Part shown: positions 47,758 to 56,203 of the stretch, piece by piece
Position numbering within the stretch: position 1 is the stretch's first letter
Layout: every line of letters begins with the position of its first letter
IMG/VR virus record: IMGVR_UViG_2595698869_000001
Coordinates: 43,214-107,213 of that record
DNA length: 64,000 nt
Direction: 5' to 3' (one strand)
Origin: a virus
Taxonomy: Duplodnaviria; Heunggongvirae; Uroviricota; Caudoviricetes
Translations under genes and position numbers: made by a program
Notes under the pieces: generated by a model
What the model was told of the DNA's origin: nothing
Database searches by the model: none
What the model saw: the letters and a program-made list of their open reading frames with translations, nothing else

Positions 47758-48846
47758 TTAGAAGCGACCCCGGCCGCGCGAGGCGCGTTCGGTGCGCTCC
47801 TCGCCTTCGTCCTCGTCGTCGCGACCCCGGCCGCGCGTCGGACGCTCGTCACGCTCGTCCTCCTCGTCGCGGCTGCGACGGGCGGGGCGCTCGTCACGCT
47901 CCTCGCGGTCGTCGTCGCGGCTGCGGCGAGCCGGGCGCTCGTCTTCCTCGTCGCGCGAGCGACGGGCCGGACGTTCGTCCTCGTCGTCACGGCTGCGGCG
48001 GGCGGGACGCTCTTCCGGTTCGTCGTCGCGCGCGGCGCGGCGGCTCGAACGCTCTTCGCGCTCCTCCGGCTCGTCATCGCGGCTGCGGCGGCTCGAACGC
48101 TCTTCGCGCTCTTCGCGGTCGTCGTCACGCGAACGACGGGCCGGACGCTCGTCCTCGTCGTCGCGGCTGCGACGCGAGCGCTTGTCCTCGACGGCCTTGG
48201 GCTTGTCGTCGTAGTCGTCCGGCGTGCCTTCCAGCAGCGCGGCCAGTTCCGTCTCCGGCATCCAGCGCACGATCTTGAACTTCGGCGCGTACTTGGTGAC
48301 CTTCCGGCCGCCCTTGGTCTTGCCCTCGAAGGGGTTGGAGTCCAGGGCGATGATCGGCACCTCGCCGGGGTGGTTGCGGAAGCTGTTGCCGAAGTCCTTC
48401 AGGAACGCGGCCAGCGCCCGGCGCTTGGAGACGTTGTTGGCCTGGAAGACCATCTCGACGTAGGGCTCGTCGATCAGACGGAAATCGATCGTGTACTGCT
48501 CGACCGGGCCGTCTTCCTCGCCGTAGGGACCGTGGTCCGGCAGGCTGTTCTTCGACGGCTGCGGGCCGTCTTGCAGGGCGACCATTTCTTCGTAGACGAC
48601 CTTGCCGTCCACCCAGATCACCCAGCCGCGCTTGTAGGAGCGCAGGTTGGCGGCCATTTCGGTGCCGTTCTTCAGCGGCTCGTCTTCGGCGCCGTAGGAG
48701 TACGTGCCGTCGTTGCCGTCGAACTTCATGAAGGCCTTGCCGTCGCCGCCGCCCTTGAGGTTGTTGGCCTCGTTGGCGATCGCGGCGTAGAAATCGTCCT
48801 GGCTGGCCAGATAGCCGCCGGCCGAACGCGTGGTGAGTTCACCCAT
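47758..48846 (-). CDS. Putative ssDNA-binding/recombination protein with repetitive D/E/R tail
   Basis: Beta-rich N-terminal domain between helicase and nuclease; tail of DDEDERPARRSR repeats ending in Phe. Confidence 0.6.
   Translation of the reverse strand: MGELTTRSAGGYLASQDDFYAAIANEANNLKGGGDGKAFMKFDGNDGTYSYGAEDEPLKNGTEMAANLRSYKRGWVIWVDGKVVYEEMVALQDGPQPSKNSLPDHGPYGEEDGPVEQYTIDFRLIDEPYVEMVFQANNVSKRRALAAFLKDFGNSFRNHPGEVPIIALDSNPFEGKTKGGRKVTKYAPKFKIVRWMPETELAALLEGTPDDYDDKPKAVEDKRSRRSRDDEDERPARRSRDDDREEREERSSRRSRDDEPEEREERSSRRAARDDEPEERPARRSRDDEDERPARRSRDEEDERPARRSRDDDREERDERPARRSRDEEDERDERPTRGRGRDDEDEGEERTERASRGRGRF
47790..48190 (-). repeat. Coding tandem repeats (DDxDERPARRSR / EERSSRRSR units)
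   Basis: About ten imperfect 33-45 nt repeats. Confidence 0.8.
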
Positions 48847-48902
48847 TTGCTGATACCTATTTTCTGTGGAGTTCCTCGGAGGCGCGAGTGCCTCCGAGGC
48901 TG

Positions 48903-48937
48903 TTACTAGGACTAGGCTGAGACTAGGCTAGGACTGG
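48903..48937. repeat. Intergenic cluster of (G)ACTAGG-like repeats
   Basis: ttACTAGGACTAGGctgagACTAGGCTAGGACTGG. Confidence 0.6.
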
Positions 48938-48958
48938 TGGAAGACTTCGTAAGTTGAG

Positions 48959-50095
48959 CTACTCCTCGTCCGCCTTCTGAGCACCCTTTTCAGAGATGTT
49001 CAGGCGACCGTGGCCCTCGCCTTCCCTCATGTAGTCTTCGATGTTGAGACCATTTTCCGCCAGCGCTTCGCGAACGGCGCTGGTGTCGAGGGTCTTGCGA
49101 CCCTTGATCCACGAGATGGAGGCCTTGATCTTTCCGTCTGCCGACTTCGCGACCCGGACTCCGGTGTTGTGGAACCACTGCTTCAGAGCCTCCGAAGCAG
49201 CCTTGTGTCCCACTTCGGCCGCCTTTTTCGCAGCCGAGGCGCACCGCTCCTCGGCCACAAGGCGTTCGAACTCTTCCAGGATCGGCGCGGGCGTCGTCTT
49301 CGAGTTGGCCTCGCCGCTCGTGGGGGTGGACTTCTTGGTCGTCTGGGCGCAGGCGACCTTGAACGGGCAGTAGGTGCAGGAGCTATCGATCTTGCCCTCG
49401 GCCATGACCTCCGACGGGTCCTTGATGGCGAAGACGTCGTGCGCGCGCTGCATGGCGACGTCGAACACCTTCTGGTCGAAGGGGACGACGAACACCTCGA
49501 TGTCGTCGAAGAACGAAGCGTCGATGTAGATGATGACCGCGTAGTTGGGCCGCCAGGACGAAAGCTGGCGCGTCAATCCCATCTGGACGATCGTCTGGCC
49601 CCTATGGATGCTTTTCTCCTCCTTCAGGTTCACCCGAGGATCGATCGACTTGATCTCCAGGTTGAAGCAGTTGGAGGGGTGCTCGACGTCCTTGCGCGAG
49701 CCGCCCAGGGAGGCGATGCCGTACTCGGCCAGGGCGTCGTCGTCGGCGTAGATCACCAGACCGTCGGGCGTGGCCGACAGGGGCGCTTCGGGCGAGATGA
49801 GGGTCCGCTGGTTCGCGCCGCCCCAGATCAACTGGGCGTCGCGGGTCAGGTTCTCGGTGATCCACTTCACGCCGGGCTCGACGAAGTAGTTCTCGATCAG
49901 GTCGCCGCGTTGCAGCGCGCCCCAGGACTGCTCGTAGTCCGGGTCCTTCGGGGCGCCGTGCTTGGCGAACCACACCTTGCGCAGGCACCCGAACGCCTCC
50001 GAGGCGCCGACCGACTTGCTGCGGTCGTGCTTCCACACCTTCTGGTGGGCCTCGACGTATTCGTTAAACCCGGATTTGAAGTTGATCGCAGCCAT
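48959..50095 (-). CDS. Cas4-like PD-(D/E)XK nuclease
   Basis: GCLRKVWF, ATPDGL, LEIKS, Q...QMG, CTYCPFKVAC (four-Cys staple). Confidence 0.8.
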   Translation of the reverse strand: MAAINFKSGFNEYVEAHQKVWKHDRSKSVGASEAFGCLRKVWFAKHGAPKDPDYEQSWGALQRGDLIENYFVEPGVKWITENLTRDAQLIWGGANQRTLISPEAPLSATPDGLVIYADDDALAEYGIASLGGSRKDVEHPSNCFNLEIKSIDPRVNLKEEKSIHRGQTIVQMGLTRQLSSWRPNYAVIIYIDASFFDDIEVFVVPFDQKVFDVAMQRAHDVFAIKDPSEVMAEGKIDSSCTYCPFKVACAQTTKKSTPTSGEANSKTTPAPILEEFERLVAEERCASAAKKAAEVGHKAASEALKQWFHNTGVRVAKSADGKIKASISWIKGRKTLDTSAVREALAENGLNIEDYMREGEGHGRLNISEKGAQKADEE

Positions 50096-50166
50096 CGCGC
50101 ACCGTCACATTTCTCTGGTATCGTGACTTGGGTTCATCCAGGGTCACGGGCCTGGGGCGCGGCGCG

Positions 50167-50250
50167 CTAGGGGCGATCGAGCTTGTTACGCAGCCAGATC
50201 AGGAAGGCGGCCCCGATGCAGCCGGCGGCGATCCAGAACAGGTCGGTCAC
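50167..50250 (-). CDS. 27-aa membrane peptide (MTDLFWIAAGCIGAAFLIWLRNKLDRP)
   Basis: GTG start overlapping the exonuclease stop; single hydrophobic helix. Confidence 0.55.
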   Translation of the reverse strand: MTDLFWIAAGCIGAAFLIWLRNKLDRP

Positions 50251-50876
50251 GCGGCCTTCTCCCGCATCTTGGCCGCGACCATGTCTTCCATGGCGTAGTA
50301 GCAGCGCTGGGTGGCGAGGACGTCGGCGATGGCGGTGTGGGCGTCCTCGAACCCCTCGCCGATCAGGTGCTTGTGGAGGTCGATCAGCTTGGGCTTGCGA
50401 TAGCCGCCCTGGCGGGCCGGCAGCTTCATCAGCGGCATGCCGGCCAGGATGGTGTCGAACATCGCCTTGCCCGCGAACGGATCGGCGTCCGGGCGGCCCA
50501 GGACGCGCCGGACGACATTGGTCATGATCTTGTTGTCGAACGAGACATGGTTGTGGCCGACGACCACGTCAGCGACCGCGACGAGGTCGCAGAAGGCCTC
50601 GATGACCAGCACCTCGGTGATCCCGATCTGCTCGGAAAGCTCGGGGCTGATCCCGTGGATGGCGGCGGCCCCGCCCTTGCCGTCCTTGCCGACGGTCCAG
50701 TCTTGCAGCACGTTCGCCGGGACATCGCCCAGGCGCAGGATCATGTCCAGGCGCTGCATCTCCTTGCGTTCCGGATTGGCCAGGATCGCGCCCAGTTGGA
50801 CGACGCGAGGCTGTTCGTCCAGGGAGCGTTTGCTGTCCGGAAAGCCGGTGGTTTCGGTGTCGTAGAAAAGGATCAT
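50247..50876 (-). CDS. DEDDh 3'-5' exonuclease (DnaQ-like)
   Basis: FYDTETTG, VGHN..FD, FDT, AHTAIADV. Confidence 0.9.
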   Translation of the reverse strand: MILFYDTETTGFPDSKRSLDEQPRVVQLGAILANPERKEMQRLDMILRLGDVPANVLQDWTVGKDGKGGAAAIHGISPELSEQIGITEVLVIEAFCDLVAVADVVVGHNHVSFDNKIMTNVVRRVLGRPDADPFAGKAMFDTILAGMPLMKLPARQGGYRKPKLIDLHKHLIGEGFEDAHTAIADVLATQRCYYAMEDMVAAKMREKAA

Positions 50877-50947
50877 CGGGCGATCTCGTTCGGGAGTGTC
50901 TTGTTAACCAAGTTCCGGATGGGTGTCAAGATTCACGACATAGAAAG

Positions 50948-51622
50948 TCACGAAGCACGACTCACGCCCTGGGCTTTGATGATCTCGTAGATACGCTGGG
51001 CCGACAGGCTGTAGGCCTCGGCCAGTTGCGCCACCGGCTCGCCCTTGGCGTAGCAGTCGGCGATCTCGGCGTAGAACCGCTTCTTGGCCTCCTCCCGGCG
51101 CAGCTTGGCGTCGGGGGCGTGGCGGTCGATGAAGCGGTAGATCGCGATCCGGCTGACCCCGTAGTCCTTGGCGATCAAGGGCACGGGGGCGAAGGCGGCG
51201 TAGCTTTCGATGATGTCGGCGGCGTGGTCGGCGAGGGCCATGGGGTTCTCCAGGAGGGCGAGAGCGCGGTCGATCACCACCGCCGCGCGCTTCGAGGGCT
51301 GTTTGGTCAGGAAGCCGCAGCGGCGGCCGGCGGCGTAGGGCGGCTCCAGCCCTACGCAGAGGTACTGGTCGGCGGTCGGGTCCGCGCGGTAGCCGCCGGC
51401 GGCCTCAAGCCACCAGTGGGTCCCGCCGTCGGGGTCGCGCCCGACCATCGGCCGCCAGCCGCCGTCCCAACCGTCCAGCAGATGCCAGAGCGCCTCGGAG
51501 GCGACATAGCAGTGCCCGGCGGTCGGGTTGGAAGCCGTGTACGCGGAACGATAGGGCTCGTGCAGAAGCTCGGGTGTGAGGCTCTTCTGGACCGCGATAA
51601 GGGTTTCGAGCGGCGCCTGCAT
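50948..51622 (-). CDS. Two-domain protein: Cys-His-Asp fold candidate plus tandem HTH
   Basis: ATG 51622 overlaps the polymerase stop; GHCYVASEAL...THWW...DPTADQ, then IAKDYGVSRIAIYR and LAEAYSLSAQRIYEI. Confidence 0.7.
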   Translation of the reverse strand: MQAPLETLIAVQKSLTPELLHEPYRSAYTASNPTAGHCYVASEALWHLLDGWDGGWRPMVGRDPDGGTHWWLEAAGGYRADPTADQYLCVGLEPPYAAGRRCGFLTKQPSKRAAVVIDRALALLENPMALADHAADIIESYAAFAPVPLIAKDYGVSRIAIYRFIDRHAPDAKLRREEAKKRFYAEIADCYAKGEPVAQLAEAYSLSAQRIYEIIKAQGVSRAS

Positions 51623-53868
51623 CAGTGCGTCTCCGCCCAGGTGCGGCCCCACTTGACGTCGACATCGACCGGCAGGCGGAAATCGAACCGCTCGCCGGCT
51701 TCCTTCGCCGCGTCGACGATGTTGCGGCGGCAGATTTCCTTGATCGCCGGATCGTCGCGCACCGCCACCTGCATTTCGTCGTGGACCCAGGCCAGGACGG
51801 CGTAGTCGCCGTGCCAGCCATGGACGAGCCCGTCGTCTTCGTTGAAGGTCTCGAAGTTGACGCACCAGCCCTTGGCGATCGTGGCGCCGGCGCCCTGGAG
51901 CTTGGTGTTGAGGGCCGAGTGCTTGGCCCGCACGAAGAGGTGGCGGCCGTCGAGGGCGTCGACATAGCCGCGCTTGGCCTCGCGCTGGACGGACTTGACC
52001 ACCTGTTGCAGCGCCGGGATGCGCGTCATGATCCGCCGCCGCATTTCCGCGCCCAGGGCCTTGGCCTTGGCGACGTTCATGGTCAGGGACGGGTCGACGG
52101 TGCAGCCCAGCTTGTAGTCCTGGGCGCCGTAGATCATGGCGTAGATGAAGGTCTTGGCGGTGTCGCGCGACTCCATCTCCATGGCCGCTTGGTGGACGCC
52201 GTGGACATCGCCATCGAGCACGATCTTGCCGTACTGCCCGTTGTCGAACTCCGCCATGAAGTGGGCCAGACAGCGCAGTTCGATACCGGCTTGGTCGGCG
52301 CCCATCAGGGTCCAGCCCTCGGGGACGTAGAAGAGGTCGCGGCAGTCCCAGCCGTGATCGCCCTCGCGGCCCTTCATCAGGACCTTCTTGGTGACCACCT
52401 CGCCCTTTTCGTTCAGGGTGAACTCGCCCTCGGGCGTCAGCACCGGGCGGCCCCGGATTTGCTTGCCGTCCGGGCCGAGCAGCGGGATCGTCTTGGCCTC
52501 GTCCTTCCACTGCGGCGGCGACTTGAAGACGACGCGGGGGACCTGGGCGATGTTGGGGTTGGAGTGCGAGGCCCGGTTGGTCACCGTGCCCCCGACGTTG
52601 ACGCGGCCGTGAATCTTGCCGTCGCCGTTCCACTCCTCGCACTTGACCAGCCAGCCGTTCTTGCCGTCGACCAACTGCCCCAGGCGCTTCTTGTAGTAGA
52701 AGATTTCCGCCAGGGTCTCGCAGATCGGGATCACCAGCTTCTTGGTGTTCTCGTCCTCGGCCTTGGCCAGATCGCGCAGCACCTCGTCGTCCACCACCGG
52801 CGAGCCGGTTTCGGTGAACTCCTGGGGTTGCCAGCCATAGACCTTGGTCAGGCGGTCGATGATCTGCGGACGCGAGTTGGGGTTGAACGGCGTCAGCTTG
52901 ACCGGGCAGAAGGCCGCGCCGGCGGTGCGGTCCCCCTTCATCGGGTCCTTGTACTTGACATCGCGCGTCGGGACCGTCACCTCGGCCCAGTGCTCGCGGC
53001 TGTCGTCCTCGCCGAACTCGGGGCGCGGCTTGTAGGCGACCTGCTCCTTCTCGGGCTTGCCGGTCTCGGGCGAGGTGTAGGTGGTCGACTTGTGGCGCTT
53101 GAGCCACTTGCCCGGCACCCACCAGGAGCCAAAGTGCGCGATCGCCTCGTCCGACATCCTAGTGTGGGCGGTGCGCAGTTCCTCTTCCAGGCGGCGCGCG
53201 CGCTCGCGGTGGAACGGGAAGCCGTTGCGCTGCACCCGCTCCATCATGTCGTGGATCATGTGTTCGAGCGTGATCGCGGTCTTCGACCACGGCCGGCTCT
53301 CGATCTTGCGCCACAGGGCCTCGGTGACCTCGACGTCTTGAATCGCGTAGTCTTCCATGTCCTGGTTCCAGGACCCCCAGACGTAGCGACTGATCTCGGC
53401 CTTGTCGGTGATGCCCTTGGCCTTGGCCTCTTCCTCGGCCACGTCGGCGTAATCGCCCTTGGGGAAGCCCAGGCGCTGGCCCCAGGCACCCAGTTCATGC
53501 GAGCCGATATAGCCGCCCCACAGGTCGCCGCGCTTCCACATCCGGAAGTCGTCGTCCTTGAGGTCGGCGAACAGCATGCGCGTCATCACCAGGGTGTCGC
53601 GGATGATCCCCTGGGGATTGAACTTGTCGCCGTAGACCTTCCACAGGGCCTCGCAGTCGAAGCCGATGATGTTGTGGCCGATCAGCATGTCGGCGTCGTT
53701 CAGCATCGCGACGCCTTCGAGGATGTTGTCCTCGCGCTTGTTGCGGTGGAAGACCCAGCGCTGACGGGTGTCGGCGTCCTTGATCACCAGGATGTGGATG
53801 CGCGTCAGTTGCAGCAGCAGCCCATCGGTTTCCAAGTCGAACAGGAGCCGGCGCTTACGGAGCTTCAT
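51622..53868 (-). CDS. Family A DNA polymerase (T7-like, with 3'-5' exonuclease, no 5' nuclease)
   Basis: FDLETDG, GHNIIGFD, motif A GADQAGIELR, motif B RDTAKTFIYAMIYG, motif C WVHDE. Confidence 0.95.
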   Translation of the reverse strand: MKLRKRRLLFDLETDGLLLQLTRIHILVIKDADTRQRWVFHRNKREDNILEGVAMLNDADMLIGHNIIGFDCEALWKVYGDKFNPQGIIRDTLVMTRMLFADLKDDDFRMWKRGDLWGGYIGSHELGAWGQRLGFPKGDYADVAEEEAKAKGITDKAEISRYVWGSWNQDMEDYAIQDVEVTEALWRKIESRPWSKTAITLEHMIHDMMERVQRNGFPFHRERARRLEEELRTAHTRMSDEAIAHFGSWWVPGKWLKRHKSTTYTSPETGKPEKEQVAYKPRPEFGEDDSREHWAEVTVPTRDVKYKDPMKGDRTAGAAFCPVKLTPFNPNSRPQIIDRLTKVYGWQPQEFTETGSPVVDDEVLRDLAKAEDENTKKLVIPICETLAEIFYYKKRLGQLVDGKNGWLVKCEEWNGDGKIHGRVNVGGTVTNRASHSNPNIAQVPRVVFKSPPQWKDEAKTIPLLGPDGKQIRGRPVLTPEGEFTLNEKGEVVTKKVLMKGREGDHGWDCRDLFYVPEGWTLMGADQAGIELRCLAHFMAEFDNGQYGKIVLDGDVHGVHQAAMEMESRDTAKTFIYAMIYGAQDYKLGCTVDPSLTMNVAKAKALGAEMRRRIMTRIPALQQVVKSVQREAKRGYVDALDGRHLFVRAKHSALNTKLQGAGATIAKGWCVNFETFNEDDGLVHGWHGDYAVLAWVHDEMQVAVRDDPAIKEICRRNIVDAAKEAGERFDFRLPVDVDVKWGRTWAETH

Positions 53869-54913
53869 GGAGCACCTTGAGGATTTGATCGCCGATCCAG
53901 TCCACCATCGGGACGATCAGGCTGTTGCCGACGATGGTCCGGCGCTCGGTGTCCGAGAGCCCTTCGATCGCGGTGTGGCCGACGGGCATGCCCATCAGGC
54001 GCTCGTACTCGGACACGGTGTGATTGCGGATGCGCCAGTCCTCGCCTTCCTTGACGAGCAGCATGGCGACGCTGGAGCCGCCGCCGGCCGTGCGCAGGCA
54101 GTTGGCGATTACGCCGCGCTCTTCGATTTGCTGGTCGGGGCGTCCGCGAACAGCGAGGGATCGAGCCCGTGGGACAGGGCGGCCGTCAATTCCGGCGACA
54201 AGGTCCGACCGGCTCGGATCGCGTTGTTCAGGAGGGTCAAACGCCGGGACGGGCTCATGTACAATCCGGCGGGGATCGATTCCGGAGCGTCGAGTACACG
54301 CGACAAGCACAAGCCGGGGGCGGGACTGGGGGATTCCGAACTGGGGACCGTCGAAGACCGTCCAGGCGATCGCGCGGCGCGGTCCCAGCACATAACCACA
54401 GTCCGGCCACCGATTCCCTGCCGCGTCGTCGTCACCTTCGGGCTTTCCGTAGGGATAGAGGGGTTCTCGCTCGCCGGCGAGGCGTCCGAGGAATTGTCCA
54501 AAGGCGTTGTCCTTGTTGGAGAGGAGCTTGACCACGTTCTCGAAGCAGAAGATCGGAGGATCGACCTCGTCGATCACCCGCAGGCCCGAAAGGGTCAGTT
54601 GTCCGCGCGGGTCGGCCAGACCCAGGCCCTTGCCGGCCTCGCTCCACGGCTGGCAGGGGAACGACGCCCACAGGACGTCGACCTTGCCCTCGTGAGGCGT
54701 GCCGTCGATCTGTTCGAGGTTCCCGAGGTTCGGGACGGCCTTCCAGTGCGTCTCCAGGAGACGGATCGGGGCCGAGGCGATCTCGCTGAAGAAGCGGGCC
54801 TTGCCGCCCTTCTTCTCCCACGCCACCGAGGGGACGTCGGCGCCGGAGCAAAGGGTCGCAAAGACCCACGGCGTGACGCCGGAGGCGTCCGCAGGGGAGG
54901 GGTTCGGGGACAT
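53855..54913 (-). CDS. C5-cytosine DNA methyltransferase
   Basis: ASFPCQ catalytic motif, FENV, PQSRPR, ERLMGMP, IVGNS. Confidence 0.9.
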   Translation of the reverse strand: MSPNPSPADASGVTPWVFATLCSGADVPSVAWEKKGGKARFFSEIASAPIRLLETHWKAVPNLGNLEQIDGTPHEGKVDVLWASFPCQPWSEAGKGLGLADPRGQLTLSGLRVIDEVDPPIFCFENVVKLLSNKDNAFGQFLGRLAGEREPLYPYGKPEGDDDAAGNRWPDCGYVLGPRRAIAWTVFDGPQFGIPQSRPRLVLVACTRRSGIDPRRIVHEPVPAFDPPEQRDPSRSDLVAGIDGRPVPRARSLAVRGRPDQQIEERGVIANCLRTAGGGSSVAMLLVKEGEDWRIRNHTVSEYERLMGMPVGHTAIEGLSDTERRTIVGNSLIVPMVDWIGDQILKVLHEAP

Positions 54914-54968
54914 GGCTCTATGGTTAACGGATGTCGTGAATCACGTCAAGAAATGTCGTCAACGACGA

Positions 54969-55757
54969 CTACTCTTGAGGGGCGGCGGGCCGTTGCAGGC
55001 GCGCGTGCATGGCCTCGATCTCCTCGTCCGACAGGGGCCGGCGGCCCGTGGTCTTGACCTCGCCACGCCAGATGACGTCGGCGAGCTTGAGGAACGCCTT
55101 GGCGAGCTTCTGCTTGTCGGTGTGCCCGATCGCGCGCTGAAGGCCCTCGGGCCAGCGCGGCGGCAGGGCGTAGAAATACATCAGCCCCGGCCGGGTCCAG
55201 ACGTCGACGGCGAAGTCGCCCGCCTGCCGCTTTCCCACCGCGAACGACTGGTCGCCCAGCATCGCGACGTTGTTCTCGTCGTAGTAGCCGATCCCCAGCC
55301 TGATCTTGTCGATCTCACTGTCATAGGCCAGCCACAGGCAGCGCCCGTCGCCCAGGGGGACGTTCTCGATCTCCCAGTCCTGGGGATGGCCCCAGACCGC
55401 GTCGTGGGCTTCGCGGATGGCGTCGGCCAGCATGCCGGTGATCGTCTTGGGCGAGACCGAATCCCCGACCACCAGGAACGAGCCGGGCTCGATCTCCAGG
55501 GTCTTGTCGACCCCGAAGTGCTCGGCCAGCCGCCCGGCCTTGAACGAGAAGCCCTCGCGCTCGATGCGGTCGGCGATCTCGTAGGCGAATCCAGGCTTGA
55601 GGTTGAGCGTCATCACGTGCGAGACGTTCAGGCCCGAGGCCGATTCATGCCCGAGCCCGATCTGGATCGAGTGGGTCTCAGACGTCACCAGGGCATAGAG
55701 GAAGCCCCCGGAGGGCCGGGTCGGATAGGCGACCCGGCGGGAGAAGAGAAGGGTCAT
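54969..55757 (-). CDS. Hypothetical protein (262 aa)
   Basis: Strong codon bias, GGAG RBS. Confidence 0.75.
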   Translation of the reverse strand: MTLLFSRRVAYPTRPSGGFLYALVTSETHSIQIGLGHESASGLNVSHVMTLNLKPGFAYEIADRIEREGFSFKAGRLAEHFGVDKTLEIEPGSFLVVGDSVSPKTITGMLADAIREAHDAVWGHPQDWEIENVPLGDGRCLWLAYDSEIDKIRLGIGYYDENNVAMLGDQSFAVGKRQAGDFAVDVWTRPGLMYFYALPPRWPEGLQRAIGHTDKQKLAKAFLKLADVIWRGEVKTTGRRPLSDEEIEAMHARLQRPAAPQE

Positions 55758-55759
55758 GA

Positions 55760-56203
55760 TTACTCCTGAAGGCTTTCGTAGAAACTAACCAGGGCCTTGA
55801 GGTCCTTTAGATCGCCACTGTTTTTGAGGCGATTGGCTTTCCAACTCACGATCACGACGTTTCCAGGGACATAGCCTTGGGTGTTGTCGATACGATCAAG
55901 AGATGGCGAGTGATCGTGCATCCGTCCGGAACCCGCCGAAAGACGAAGTCCTAGCGCCGGACAGACTTCGGGAATCGTGAGGTCAGCTTCCGTCAGCGTG
56001 AAGGGGATGCCTGCCTGCTTCGCTCGTCCACGCGCGGTCGACAGGAGGGCAGAAAGAAACCCTCCCGTCGCATAGCGGAACCGCCGTTTAGCGGAACGAC
56101 AAACCGAACACGTGCGTCGCCGCCCATTATTTCTCGACCGGTCTTTGGAGAACTGGTCGAGGGTTTTACGAACTCCGCAGGCATTGCATCGCTGCGTGAT
56201 CAC
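55760..56203 (-). CDS. HNH-like endonuclease with N-terminal CxxC zinc motifs
   Basis: CNAC...CSVC, CPALG, SLDRIDNTQGYVPGNV.IVS.KAN; AT-richer than its neighbours; GTG start overlapping the upstream stop. Confidence 0.8.
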   Translation of the reverse strand: MITQRCNACGVRKTLDQFSKDRSRNNGRRRTCSVCRSAKRRFRYATGGFLSALLSTARGRAKQAGIPFTLTEADLTIPEVCPALGLRLSAGSGRMHDHSPSLDRIDNTQGYVPGNVVIVSWKANRLKNSGDLKDLKALVSFYESLQE

